A stretch of DNA of 62,328 bases, filler included, from Collodictyon triciliatum (GCA_043381765.1; 3 parts of 3 records of this genome joined end to end with filler, not necessarily neighbours in it), one strand, 5' to 3'; shown: positions 19,178-32,870, counted from the first letter of the whole stretch. Notes: generated by a model from the letters alone, not told the origin. Numbers and translations: made by a program.

Positions 19178-19555
19178 ATGAGCACCCAATCAAATGCAAG
19201 CGAGACTGGAGAATTCGACCCCGAGTTTCTGTCTGAGTTGGCGAGGGAAGTGCAACAGGTGCTTCTCCAAAGCGGCACTCGCAATCAACAAGAGCGCGAC
19301 TATCTTCTCCACAATGTGCTCCCAACCCTGGTCCCTGTCCTCGAGCGACTCCTGAAACGAACCTACTTGCATCACACAAACACAAGTGCCACGGGCATGG
19401 CCACATCTGCTGGCCTGGCAACCGCGGAATCCGACATGGCTGTCACGCATCCGATTCTGTGGATTGCACAGCAGCTGATGCGGCAGAAGGCAGCTGCGCC
19501 AAAGTCACACTACTCGCAGGCAGTCACTGCAGCGAAAAGCGCTTCGCACGAATAA
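19178..19555 (+). CDS. Small protein with a Dpy-30/RIIa-like dimerisation-docking domain (similar to the EFCAB5 N-terminus)
   Basis: 125-aa intronless ORF with the DD-domain pattern YLLHNVLPTLVPVLERLL...HPILWIAQQLMR. Confidence 0.6.
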   Translation: MSTQSNASETGEFDPEFLSELAREVQQVLLQSGTRNQQERDYLLHNVLPTLVPVLERLLKRTYLHHTNTSATGMATSAGLATAESDMAVTHPILWIAQQLMRQKAAAPKSHYSQAVTAAKSASHE

Positions 19556-20049
19556 CATCGTCAACTTGTGCATCCTATTATCTTTTGTCTTATCTTCTCT
19601 CTCTCCCTATCCCAACTTTATTCTTTATTCTTTTTATTTTTGGAAAAGATTTTAAATCAACCTGTGTAGTTCACAACAAAGACAGACTCAAGGCTGAAAG
19701 AAAAAAGCCCTTGAACTGCATGAAGAACAAATGAAAGGCAGAGGCCAACGCCAGGCAAGTAGTCCCAAAGGATCACACAAGCTATATCCACAGCACTACG
19801 CACAAAAGAAAAAATAATAATAACAATAAAAAAAAAAAAAGGAAAAGGAGGCAGAAACGCCAACTGAAAACCAAGACAGCGCCTATGTTCCACTCTAACA
19901 TATGGAGTTTCTACTCTTAATGTTTTCTTCCTTTTTGTCGTTGGTGCTTGTTACTCTTTTCTGTCCTTCGCATTCGGGTTGGTTGCGTGCTTGCCTGCCT
20001 GCTACGCGACTCTGACTGCAGGCCCTTCTCGTTCGATCAAGGCAGACAG

Positions 20050-22919
20050 ATGCAGCTGCTCGGACTCCTTGTTGTCTGCGTGCCTCTCTTCTGCTGGGAG
20101 CGCATCCTTTGCCAAACATACACGCTGCTGCCTTTTTCTCTCCGTCTCCACCTTGCCGTGTGCATCGGCCCTGTCATCTCCAGCTGGCTGCTTCTTTTCC
20201 TCACCACTTGGTTCCACTCGCCTCTGCAAGAGACATTCCATCCGCCCTTCATATGGCTCGCTCTCCTTCTTCAAGTCCTCCTCCTACTTGCCCTCTCCCT
20301 ACTCAAAAGCCGGACTTTTGTTCCCGGGGCGAAGCCCTTGAGTGCACCGCCATCGAGTCTGGCCTCTCTTGATGAAAATGGCGGCCTTCTTCCTCGCCCG
20401 GTTTCTGTCTTTGACTGGGATGAACACAAAGATTGGTTCTACAAGGCCATGCTTCCCATAGGCCTGCTTCTTGTATGGGCTTCACTGTCACACACGCTTT
20501 TGCCGGATTCCCTGGGTAACCTGCACGGACTTCCGATGTTTGGCTATCATCTCACTATAATCCATTCGTTCCTCTTTGGAAAAAACAGCCAAACCTTTTC
20601 TCTATTCACTATTGCAAACCCAACACTGGAGGGTGATCGTTTACTGGAGCCTTTTATCCCGGATTATTATGCAGCCATCCTTGTCTCCACGGGGGTTTCT
20701 CTTCGCGGCGCTCTTTTGGTCACGGCCTTCCTGAATCACTCTGCTTTTCTGGTCTTGTTTTACCAGGCAGCATCAAAGTTTACGCACTCGGATCACCGTT
20801 TGAGAGACCGCATCCACTTCGTCCCTATAGTTTCTATGTATCTTACGATTTTTATGGGTGGAAGCTTCTTTGGCAGAGAACAATCCTACTGGCTCCATTT
20901 TCTCAAAGGAGTTTATTTTGATTCACGACAGGCTCCTGTAGGTTATGCCGTCTCATTGGGGATATTGTACGTGTTCTGGACAGGACTCGATTTGTTTTAC
21001 CATCAGAAGCCCAGCATCGCCCGACAATACATTCAGCTAGCGGCTTTCCTAGCATGTCTTTTACCCTTTGTGCATGTAAGTATTCCGTGCATCTAATTTA
21101 TTTTCTCAAGTACTTATCTCTTAAAATTGAAATATGTTCAATTATCTATTAATGATTTAATGTGATTATTCTTCTTATTATGTCAATGAATTAAGCAACA
21201 ATCCCTAATTCGTGTTCTTCTCCTAGCCACATTCTTTTCTGAATGTCTTTTTCGTAATGAACATGAGTTTGGCTTTAGAAAGACTTGATTGGCAGTATGT
21301 TGTATATAGAAAAACAACGATGAATACACAAAGCACTTAATGATGCAACGCAATTCATCCACTTAAATTAAAATACCCCTAATTCTTTCAATTCAAGCCT
21401 TCATTGGATCGTAAATAGAAAGATAGTTGTAACTGATTCCGTTTCACAGGGACCCATTATCAACACATTTTATCCATAATTTGTTCCAGTTGAACGGACC
21501 TATCATATTATTTGCCCTTCCGCAGGTAATTTTTTTTCATATGTCGATTCATTTTCACGATAATTCCATGATTTCTCGTGCGCGGAAAATCATCTCTATT
21601 TTTCTTTTCTTTTGTTACTTTTGTTTTTTTTTTCTCTCCATGGTTTAGCTTGCTTCTTTCATCGATGGCGAATCAGATTGGGGAATTCTGATATTACACA
21701 GAGCTTGGAAGCATCACTATGTAATGCTAATACCAACCTTTCGAAAAAATAACCGTAAAAACATATACCCTTTTTTTTTTTTTGGGAACTTGATTATTTT
21801 GTCGCACTGTATAAGCAGGTTTACACTTCACCAGAAGAGAATGGTTTTAAGATAATTTTATAATGGCAGGGTGGTTTCTTGGGCTGGTTATGGAGTGGGA
21901 TCGGATTCTACTTAATCTTAGTTTTCGTTTCTTTCCGCATACTAAATAATCCTCAGAAATTGAGGCTTGGTTCGGCATTCTTTTTGTTTTTGATTGCATC
22001 TATAGTGAAATTCCAGCCCAATAATATATCAAACATTAAGGTTTGTTCTTTTTATAAATAAAAAAGACATAGGACGTAAAGTAATCATTTTTTAAATCAT
22101 AGCTTCTTTACTTTTGGGTCTTCATATCTTCATTTTCAGTTTCCATTCTACTCAAGAGATTTTACGAAAGTAGTGCCAAGGTATTTTTTAATCATATTTT
22201 TTGGAGTTGAATATATTGGGAAATTTAGAATAAGGTTATATTTAATCAGCTATGGATTACTCATAAGCATGAGACTTTATGTAATGAAATCATTTGACTC
22301 CAGATGAAAGCGATTGTGATAATATTCATAACTCTTCATATTGGTCCTGGGTTGATGAGCGCCATCGATTTTATCGGAACTGTATTTTGCCTCTGTTTCT
22401 ATTTTTTTTTTTTTGAAGATTATCACACCAAACATATTCCTGTGACTCCGAAGAAAAAAGGGGCTCAGGTGGTTGTACTATTATAGGATACTATGTTATA
22501 TGACACCGAAGGAATTCGTGTTGCTGATTGGGCCAGAAACCACACATCTGCTAATGCTGTATTTTTAATTGGTGAGGTTCTTTATCCTTATATCTCCCTA
22601 GTCGAAAAAAGAGGTCATTTTTAAAAGTAAACAAACAAAACAAACAACAAAACAAACAACAAAACAAACAAACAAACAAACAAACAAACAAACAAACAAA
22701 CGATAGGCATTATTTAAGGGATAAGTAAATTAAATATTTATCGGTCAGAGTTAAAGTAAAGGCACACTACATAGGCTCTCCGCCTCCTCGGGATACCAAT
22801 CCTATAATGAATCTTGCGGGTAAAAATGTGATATTGGGCACAATAAATTGGGCGAAAAGTAAAGGCATTTACCCTTATAGACAAGTCAAGGTATGCACTA
22901 CATTTCAATTTCAATTTCA

Positions 22920-22982
<63 letters not shown>

Positions 22983-23445
22983 GCTGTTTTTTGATTCACA
23001 TAGTTTCTTGATATTTTTTTCTTTGGAAATCAGTGGACCAGGAAGGTGCTGATGGGAGACAAAGATGCTTTGTACATATGCAAAAGCTTTGGCGTTGATT
23101 TCATCCAAGTAATAAGCATCCCTTGCCTTTTTAATTACTTCCTAGCGATTAGCATTACTGCTATGGTTTTTTATTTTTGATATTTATGTTCTTATGCACC
23201 ACCAAATACCACTTCGTTTCTTGTTATGACCTTTGGATTCGCGAGTTCAGGTGGCTGGGTGGGCATCGGGTCAAGATAGCGAAGTATTCGACATCGAGCC
23301 CAACATCCCTTGGCTAGAAAGAAACATGAAAAAAGTATATGAAACACCGTATCATATAGTTTTCGAAGTTCGAGATAAGAGGAAATATATTCCAAAGAAA
23401 ATATACGGCCCTCTTTACTATTTTCGGCCACCACCAAAAAAGTAG
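20050..23445 (+). CDS. Multi-pass membrane protein, GT-C glycosyltransferase-like (about 11 exons)
   Basis: A continuous GT-AG exon chain can be built. It has many hydrophobic segments and the motifs HLTIIHSFLFG, PFIPDYYAAIL, LPFVHPHSF, KFQPNNISNIK, DWARNHTSANAVFL and LAGKNVILGTINWAKSKG. The family assignment is from memory. Confidence 0.7.
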
Positions 23446-24151
23446 TCAAATAAGAGCTCAACCCCTCTTTCAAGAACCATGCAAAATTAAAGTGATTGTT
23501 TTTCCCTGGAGCCAATCTTATTTTTTTTTTCTATTTCCTCCATGGCTGATTCACTGTGCTGTATCGCGAAGCGTAATATTATGTATATGTCGATATCATG
23601 TATCTTACCCGGCCAATGTCGTCTAGATTAATTAATTCCTTTGTGTTGTTTTGGAGCGTGGAAAGCTTTTCCCTCCAGTTTTGTATCGGATTTTTGGGAC
23701 ATTTTGTCTCGTCCCCTTCGTATTCAGTGATGCGGTGCGGGTGGTTTGGCGTGGCCTCTGCATTCATAGTTGCGGCTAAGGAAGCATTCCGGACCACTCA
23801 TTTATTTTGTATTGCTTTTAATTGCTTGTCGATTTGATTGTTTCTTCTATTTCTATTTTTATTTCTGTTTTTATTCTCTTTTACTTTTTTTTTTTTTACC
23901 TCGCTTTGTTGTTTTTTCTTTTCGTTTTAATTGTATTTTTCTTTTTCTTTTTCTTTTTTTTTTTTTTTTTTTTTTTATTTTTTTTTTTTTTTATTAATTA
24001 GTGTTTTTTGGTTACACTTTGCCATTTNNNNNNNNNNNNNNNNNNNNNNNNNNNNNNNNNNNNNNNNNNNNTTAATTAATTAANNNNNNNNNNNNNNNNN
24101 NNNNNNNNNNNNNNNNNNNNNNNNNNNTTAGATGCGTTGGTTTATGTGTGC

Positions 24152-24488
24152 GAGAAAGAAAAAGGAAAAAGGAAAAAGGAGAAAGAAAAAGGAAAAAGGA
24201 AAAAGGAAAAAGAAAAAGAAAAAGGAAAAGGAAAAGAAAAAAAGAGAAAAAGAAAAAAGAGAAAAAGAAAAAAGAAAATAAGAAAAAAGAAAATAAGAAA
24301 ATAAGAAAAAAGAAAATAAGAAAAAGAAAAAAGAAAAAGAAAAAAGAAAAAAGAAAAAAGAAAAAAGAAAAAAGAAAAAAGAAAAAAGAAAAAAGAAAAA
24401 AGAAAAAAGAAAAAAGGGGGAAAAAAAAGGGAAAAAGAGAAAAAAGAAAAAAGGGGGGAAAAAAAAAGGGAAAAAGAGAAAAAGAGAA
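24152..24488. repeat. Polypurine A/G tract (AAAAAAG-like)
   Basis: Directly visible; source of the poly-K and poly-F ORFs. Confidence 0.9.
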
Positions 24489-24547
24489 TCACAAATGAGC
24501 AATGGGCTGGTAAACAACGTGATTATCCATCAGCGTGTGATGCAGAC

Positions 24548-27500
24548 CTAAACATCGCTTCGTGGCTTCCTTGCCTTGGCCAAAGTATACTTTTTGCATA
24601 CGCGAGAGAACAGCGAGATGAGGTGACTCAAGAGAGCCGCAGATTCGCGTGTGTAGTGTATTGCACTCTCCTCAGCGATGGCGGGGTCGCGTAAGGTATT
24701 TGCATCAAAAAGACAACGAAGAGTCGGAATGCGCGGTGTTTGGTCTTGTTCCTCCAGTATCGCACGTGCTCTGTCTGCTTTGTTTATGGCTTCGATGATT
24801 GCGGTGTTCATGGAATGGAGATGATGTAAGATGAACTCAATAATGTGTTCCAGCGATTTCCCGCACGGCAGCTCTTTTCTGCGGCTGATTTCGTCCGTGG
24901 AGGTATCTTGGAATAATTTGAAGGATGGATTGCTTCTACTGGATGAAGAAAGTTGGCGTATCTCCTCTCTTGAATCAATCGTTTTCTCAAGTTCTCTGAG
25001 TCTCTTTTGTTGCTCTTCTAATGGTCGGTCCTTGGAGGACTTGCTGGTGTTGGTTTGAAAGATTTGCCTGGCGGGGATACGCGTTGGTATCGCATGTGTC
25101 GGGAGAGAGTAAGATCGAATAAGCTTATCGTCTCCTACAGTATTTTCATCCAGTGACACTTTGCTTTCCCCAATAGAAGATATGGGTGACTCCATGATAA
25201 AGTCAAATGCTTTCTTCGATGGCCAAGGCTGCTGGTTGGTGCTTACTTGTAATTGAAGTAAACGTTCCACGTCTGATAAGAATGTATCTGATATGCTCTG
25301 GAAACAAAGCAAAACTTCTTTTTCGCTTGTGGGGCTTTCGATTTCAATCGAATCATAATGAGCAAAGCTTTGAGGTTCATAGTACCCCTGGCTTGCAAGA
25401 TATTTGTGCATAACTAATCCGAAAGGCTTTAACCTCGACAAAAAATGATGGACTTGCAAATGTAGATTTGAAAAATTATCGCTGCGATGTACGGATTCCT
25501 TTAGTGATGCATGGATTGGTGTTCTTAACGACTCATTCCGTGAAAGTCTCATTGAGCGGAGACTCCCACTCAGATTTTCAAAATCATCTACACTTTTCTG
25601 ACTCAACTTTTTGACTAGCTCGGTTTCGTCATTACCGCGGGATCTGTTTTTGGTATAAAGGTATTACTAGATAAAGACCAGATAATAATTATAATGGCAG
25701 ATATATTTCACATACATCAAATTTTCATGGGTCTGGAAGGTATCATTTCAGAATAGAGATTACTTACCCAGTGGTCGCTGCTGGTTCAAGAGGCTTCTTT
25801 GCTGGGGTGGCTCTTGTTACAGCAGATAATTTATCGCTCTTTGCTCTGGACATCAATTGTGGTACTTTGGATAGTGATGATTTATCTTCTACACAGCAAC
25901 ACCAAGGGTACTCTTTTTCAATCAATTCTAATAGCTTTGCAATAATAGAATTTGTGTTTTTCATCAGCACAGTCATTTTTTCTATCATCACGTTTTCGTC
26001 CTCCAATCCGTGGCATGGATCATCTAAATCTTTTTTGATTTTCATATCAATAGACAATAGGTCCGACCTCAAAGGTTCGCTGGTGATTTTTCTCTCAAGG
26101 GCTGGATAAAAAGCCTTTGTGGCTTCAGATAGTTTGAATATGTCATCGAACAAATCTGAGAGAGCTATTTTCCGCATATTTCTTGAATCCTTTGTTTCTG
26201 CAATAAGGTGATATGTTCCGTGCAACTCTATTTCCTCGCGAGGCATATTCACGGACTGCTGTAGCCTTGGTGAGAACATATCAATTTTTTCTTTCCGATG
26301 CTTTGGCGGCTCAGGATATTCAGTGTTCGATGTAAACAGGGCGTCTCTTTCGATATCTGATTTTTTCTGACTAGGAGCTATGAATAAGTATCCCTCTGTT
26401 AACTCGTTTAACCAAGCCGACAATAACCCTCTGTTGTCGGTATCTGCAAAGTCCATAGTTTCTACATCAACCAGGTTGCTGGCACCTAATGTCCGGTCGA
26501 AAGCCAATTTTTTCTGGATATCATGGGCCATCATTCTAAGGGTCGTGTTCAGTATATGGTTATTTGCATCTAGTTTCATTGTGTTTGACTCAAGATTTTG
26601 GACCATAATATCCCTTTTCAGGACACTCTCTTCCAGTTCTCTAATGCGTTTCTTGTACTGTTGAATTTCCTCCTCGACTTTAATCTTCATCTCATCGACC
26701 TGGTCGAATAAACTTTGGGACGACCGTTCAACCTCTTCCCTCTCGTTCGATAGCTGAATGTAAGATTCCAGCCAATTTTCAAGTACGATGACTAAATCCG
26801 ATATGATATCAACAGAGCCTTTTCTAAGATTAGGTGGTAATCTTTCATTTAATTTTTCATGAGCCGTGAGGCATATTTTTTGAATACGCTCAATTTTTTC
26901 TTGAATAGGGCAAATGTCAGTGCCACCATCAGATGGATTACAGGCTTTCGTATCTTCTATAAAATTTTCTATTACTCTGAATTTACATGACCAACCATTT
27001 GATGTTTCACCTTCAGGAACCTCAGTCTATTTAGGGAGAAAAGAAATTAAATGTTCATTTGAAGTCCCCTCCCCCCTTATTCGATTCGAGCGAAGGAAAG
27101 GTTTTTGTAGATTTAAGAGTTCATTTTAAGTTATTAATTTCAGGATGGCTATGTATACCGTTTAATATATATAAAGGGTACCTGAAGTGCGATATCTTTG
27201 ACAACAAGGTGGTATAACCGATCAAGTTCCTGGAGCATATATGCTTTTTCATCGCTTGCTGCGTTGGGATTAAGAATGTCTTGGTCTTGAGTTTCGTTGT
27301 ACGACAATTTCTTTGATTTATGGTTCGATATCACAGGAGATTTTAAATTCTGAGTATGTGTACGTAGGGAAACACTTGATTTTTCACGACCAGTTTCTTC
27401 GTTGCTATGCTCGCTTGATTTAAGAGGGCTTCTCCCTCCACCTAAATGGCTGGAAATCCCTCTGAGTCTAGTATTTTCATTCAAGATACTTTCAATGTGC

Positions 27501-29627
27501 CTTTCCAATTCAACATTTTTTCTTTGGAATTTTTCTATTATTAAACATTTTTTCGTGTATTCATCCTTCTGAAGTCGGTAATGATCCAAGAGTGAAAGAA
27601 ATAAGACATCAAATGTGTGCAGAATTAGGTTAGCATCATGTACAAGTTTTCTTGCATTCGAGGACGTGGGCTCTGAAAGTATAGGTCGTCCTCCATCTGA
27701 TTGAACGATTGAACGGACTGATGCAATTTTCTCATTAATAGATTGCAAGATGACATCCATGACCCCTTTGACCTCGTGTAACTCAATTCGGACCGTATCT
27801 AATTCTGCCTCAAGTATTCTACTATTCTCATAAAACTGCGATTCCATTTCATCCTTGGCTTGAATCTGACCTTGGCATTCCCTAGACTTCTCTGCCATGT
27901 GCAAATGGGATGCTGTGTCTCTTTCCTTCATCCCTTCGATTATAGATTCCATCGTACAATTCGATTGACGCAACCGTTGCATCTGGTGTTTCACAGGGGT
28001 AATCAGATGGCTTCATTTTTCCGCAATTTTTTCGAGAAAAAAATTACCTGCACAAAGTTTTCCTCAACGAGCATGTGGAATTTCTCCATAATGTTTAGTG
28101 CATATTCACTTTCATTATACGTTTGAGTGGGCAGCCCAGCAATAGATCCACTAAGCTTTGACGTTGCAGATACAATCAACTCTTTTAATTGCATTCGTTC
28201 ATATTCCATTTGGCTGTAATACTGTAAATAGGATTGTTTTAATATAAAATTAAATAAAAAATTAAGACTTTTGAGCCTCTCTATACTTTATTTTTAAGGA
28301 TGTACTTTTAGGGCAGGAATGCTTATGGGCAGGTTTTCGGCAGCTTTCTTCATGTTTTCTAAAGTAAAATTACTTATGAATAAATTAAGTATCGGGTAAA
28401 TAGTATTACATAATAATATTTCCAATCGAATAAAGGAAAAAAAACATAATAATATTTCCATGTGTATATTACTGATATGTTGGATGATAACTTCGATGCG
28501 ATCGACTTGAATTGTATGGTCCATAACTGAATAACCATGAAGCTCTCGAATAGGATTGTCCAATTTAAGGTATTGCAATATCTCATAGATGAGTTGCATA
28601 TTAGAGGCAGACAACTCCCTAGATAATAGAATAGATGAGTTATTCGATTTTTATTGGATTTATTTGCAGGAAAAATGGATATTGTGACGATTGTGATTAC
28701 AAATAATCTGCGTTTAATCTTGCAAAGTCATCTAAAACTCTTGAAACTTGTATTTTGAGATGTTGAAGTAGTTCTGGGACATTTCCATGATCAATTTCGA
28801 ATTCTGGCACAGAACTAGGTGAATTGGTTTTTGGGTGTAGGAGATAGATCCTCTTTATCTGCTCAATCACATCAGAGAGTCCCTTCCCAACAGCTTCGTT
28901 TGAGGGAGATAGTTCATTTTGAGGACCAATCCATGCGTTTGTTTCTGCCTGCACCTAAAATCCCATTCAGATAATCAATACAGCGCTTCATTAATGTATA
29001 GATATTGAGACATACAGATTATAGGCGTACCTGAATTGATTCTTCGAAATCCAAACCCTCTCCCTGCTCTTGCAAACTCAATTGTTTGCCTACTTTATTG
29101 TGAGCCTGGTGAACCTTTTTAATCGCCAGGGAGGTCGAGGTAATGTTTTGAGCAGTAGGGGTGTGAGTCGGTAATCTATTTGGCTTCAAGATTGCAATCA
29201 ACGAATCATGACTATTTTCCATGCTAATGTCATCAGTTCCAACATCACCGGTATCATCCTCATCACTGCCATAACCCTTCCCTTGCATTGTAGCGATGCT
29301 ATCCCATGAAACATCATCTTTACTGTGCTCTGTCATCCGCCCCTGACTTTGTATATCTTCTGCGAAGTTCATAGCCTCTTGCAGACTCTCTCCTGTACGC
29401 ACTAATCCTTCTCGCCCAGAAAGTAGCAGGCCATTCAAGCCGTGTGGCTGAGAAAGGCCCACTCCCGTTTTCTTCTTGATTATCGCCGCCTTTGCCCTCT
29501 CAGCTGGCCCATGTGGACTGACTTGACGCTCAGCCTTAGTACTCTGACCCGACAAAGCGAACAGAAAGGACTCCTCGTGGCTGGGGAGTGGCCGGTGGTG
29601 ACGGAAACGACTGCGCTGCGGTTCCAT
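24548..29627 (-). CDS. Large coiled-coil hypothetical protein (about 8 exons)
   Basis: The long ORFs 29627-29030, 28954-, 28614-, 28209-, 27994-, 27026-25768 and 25644-24548 join through phase-compatible GT-AG sites. E/K/L-rich heptad-like segments; no family recognised. Confidence 0.8.
27066..27112 (-). mobile_element. Longer, diverged micro-retroposon copy
   Basis: Minus strand reads ATCTACAAAAACCTTTCCTTCGCTCGAATCGAATAAGG plus a purine tail. Flanks 27047-27065 and 27113-27131 match at 16/19. Confidence 0.6.
28425..28443 (+). mobile_element. Micro-retroposon copy with a perfect 17-bp TSD, intronic
   Basis: ATCGAATAAAGG-A7 lies between ACATAATAATATTTCCA at 28408-28424 and at 28444-28460. 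Confidence 0.88.
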
Positions 29628-29702
29628 ACTAACCAAAGTCTGTGGATCGTCAACAGCAGCAGCAGGGCGTGAATGTCCCTACCAGAGGATCAAGGGCGAT
29701 GT

Positions 29703-30018
29703 AAGAAGAAAAGTAAAAAAAGTAAAAAAAGAAAAAAAGAAAAAAAGAAAAAAAGAAGAAAAGAAGAAAAGAAAAAAAGAAAAAAANNNNNNNNNNNNNN
29801 NNNNNNNNNNNAAAAAAGAAAAAAAGAAAAAAGAAAAAAAGAAAAAAAGAAAAAAAGAAAAAAAGAAAAAAGGAAAAAGGAAAAAGAAAAAAGGAAAAAG
29901 AAAAAAGGAAAAAAAGAAAAAAGGAAAAAAAGAAAAAAGAAAAAAAGAAAAAAAGAAGAAAAGAAGGAAAGAAGGAAAGAAGGAAAGCAGGAAAGAAGGA
30001 AAGAAGAAAAGAAGGAAA
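29703..30018. repeat. Polypurine tract between divergently transcribed genes
   Basis: Directly visible; separates the ATGs at 29627 (-) and 30081 (+). Confidence 0.85.
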
Positions 30019-30080
30019 GTGAGCAGCAGAGTTTTCACAGCCATCCTAGAGGCAGAACGCAGCCCAACACCACAGAGCCG

Positions 30081-32870
30081 ATGGCCGAGGCGACGATAGA
30101 CTCGTGTCCCATCTGCCTCGAGTCCATGCAAAGACCCAAGCAGCTGCAATGCGGCCACGTCTTCTGCGGCAACTGCCTGCTGCTCTTCACATGCGCTTTG
30201 GTGGATGCACAGGACAGAGCGAGTACAGAAGCACCGTACAGACAAACAAAGCCGCCACCAGACGAGAAAGCCGAGTCTGGGTCGATTCGCTGTCCATTGT
30301 GCCGTGCATGGCACTCTGGCGACCGGGCCTATTTGGCAGCACCCGACACAAGCGACGAGATGAAATCAGCCTACCACACTCCAGAACGCCGAAGCTCGTC
30401 TCTGCGCGAGCTGCAGCAGGGCGATATAACGTGCGAGGCTGACGAGTGCCACGCAGAGGCTGCCTTCTTCTGCCAGAAGGGCTGTGGAAGGATGTGCGCA
30501 CATTGCTACGAGACTCATCAAAGCATTCCCCTGACAAAAAAGCACATCGTGGTGTGAGTATCCAAATGCGACCTTGCGTCGCAACAGCATCCTGTTTTCC
30601 TTCTCGTGGTTTTATTCTTGCTTTACAATGATTTTGCTTATGGAAACCGGAAATCAAACTTAGACGTGGCATATTTTTTTTTTTTTTTACTATTTTATCG
30701 TTTATCATATTCCAATTAAAAAAATAATTAATCATATGACAACTTAATTTTTAAAATTAGGAGCATATGTCATGAATGTTATTTTCCCACTTAATGCGAA
30801 CTCAATAGCCAACTTTTTCTTCTTTTATGTATTACCATACGGTTTACCTTATTTTACGACATTTTACCTTATATATTATTTTGTTCAGTTTTTTCCCTAT
30901 AAAATTGATTTATTTCGATTCCAAACAAACAATTTCTTGAAGCGTTACATGGATGAGTAGAAAACATAATAAGGTGAATGATTAATCCCAACTATGCAGG
31001 CCAGTTCAGAATAACGAGAGGGACACGGAGAGCATTCAAATTCCTTGCTCCAAGCACTCGGATGTTGGCTCTAAAATGGTTTGTTTCGAATGTCCGTGCC
31101 TTCCATTCAAGTGCGATAAGTGTTGTCTTGAAGATAAACGACACACGCATCACTCATTTTGTGAATCTCTCGAGATATTGCAAAAAGACTTGGTTATCAT
31201 CAATGCCTCTATCGCAGCGAAGTTTGAAAAAGTGCAAGCATCAATCCTAGCTTCCTACGAATTAATCGAAAGGGTGAGAAGAAGGAAATATTGCAGTATT
31301 TTAGTTTTTTTTTTATATATATCATCATATGATATAGTGGCAAAAGACGCTTGGCTGGAACAAAAATTCTAAAATTATGTATTTTCATGGATTTTGATCG
31401 CTTTGCTCGATTATAAATCGATTTAATATACTAACATTTCTTTCCTCCTTTTCTTTTCTTTCCTTTGCTTTTTTTAAAAAAATTAACAGAGTTCTGACCA
31501 AACAGAGGCGATTAAAGGAGAAATACGACCATGCATTGATATATACCGCAAAAACCTCACATTGATAGAAGAGGCCCTTCTGGAAAAGGTTGCAACATAT
31601 ATCCTTTATTGCTTTTCGAAAAGATGATTGCTCATGATAGAAATATAACGTCCCATGATTCTAACAATGCTTTGTAACGCTACAGGTGGACAACATGAAT
31701 TTAGCCAAAATCAAACCCATCGAGTTACAATTATCAGATTTGTTTTTCCAAAAAACACAGATGGAGTTTGGCCTAGCTCTTACCAGGGATTCACTTTCCT
31801 TCAAGAGGGCAGAGAATGTTCTTGTCCATAGAAAGTATGCTTATGAGTTTTTGCGCTCATTGGACAATAGAGAGCTAGATTTAAGTCTTCCAGAACTGGG
31901 CGAGATTCAATTCAACAAACAGCCGAGTGTTCATCTTTACTTGAACCCCCCTACATCAGACCTTGAATCCAAACTTGATTGGGTTCGTTGGAAATCAAAG
32001 AACCAACCAATTGACCGAAACTTGCATTCCATCGTCAACATGAAAAAGAAAGTTGGAACTGCGGGTGGAGGCTCTGGTCAATTACAATTCCGATGCCCAT
32101 GGGGGGTTGCCAGGCATCCCATTACTGGCAATCTATATGTCATCGAAAGCGGAAACCACCGGATTCAAGTACTCACCCCAGAACTTGAGTATGTGTCTTC
32201 CTATGAGGGAAAAGGTGCCGAAAGGGATACTTTACACGGGCCCATATCCCTGGCCATCTCCGACGATGGCATTATCGCAGTGGTTGATTACTGCAACGAT
32301 AGAGTTCAGATACTGGATTCAAACTTTCAGTTGGTTCTGTCCCTGGGTGGTAAAGGGAGCCAAGACATGCTCTTTTCAGACTTGTGCCACGCCATCTTTG
32401 ACCACGATGGAAACCTGTATGTTTCAGACCGCGGTCGATGTGACATACAAAAGTTTAACAAAGATGGTGTTGTTGTGACCAAGTTTGGGGGACCAGATTC
32501 AGCAGGAGATGCTGCCATAGGCCAGCCAGACGACCTACTTCTGACTGATGATAATGAAATATGTGTACTCTCCTATGGTGGTGACATGCTTCGCTTTTTT
32601 CAAACTGATGGGACTTTCATCAGGCGAGTGCCAATCCAGCCCGTCAGTAGCTATTGCAATCTCGCAAGAGGACCCCAGGATATCATACTTGTGAGTGACT
32701 ATGGAAACCACAAAATTATTTTCTACACAAAGTCTGGGACTTTGATAAAGGAGATTGGGACGAATGGTGACGGTGATGGTGAATTCCAAAATCCTACGGG
32801 CATTGTTTTTGGCCCGACAAACCTGCTCTATGTTTGTGATAGTTGGAACCACCGGATTCAGGTTTTTTAA
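30081..32870 (+). CDS. TRIM-NHL-type E3 ligase (RING, two B-boxes, coiled coil, NHL repeats); 4 exons
   Basis: RING CPICLE..LQCGHVFCGNC..CPLCR; B-box1 CEADEC..FCQKGC..MCAHC..H..H; B-box2 CSKH..CFEC..CDKCC..H.HH; NHL repeats FRCPWGVA..NLYVIESGNHRIQV through FQNPTGIV..YVCDSWNHRIQVF*. Confidence 0.93.

Noticed and set aside
24072-24083. TTAATTAATTAA island inside an N-run (also at 48063-48074)
   Set aside because: The same six-frame-stop spacer is centred in two ~100-nt N blocks, so it is an artificial contig linker. Gene adjacency across these points is not trustworthy.
24128-24517. Poly-K and poly-F ORFs, and the K-rich front of ORF 29673-30557
   Set aside because: Translations of polypurine tracts. 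The TRIM gene most plausibly starts at ATG 30081.
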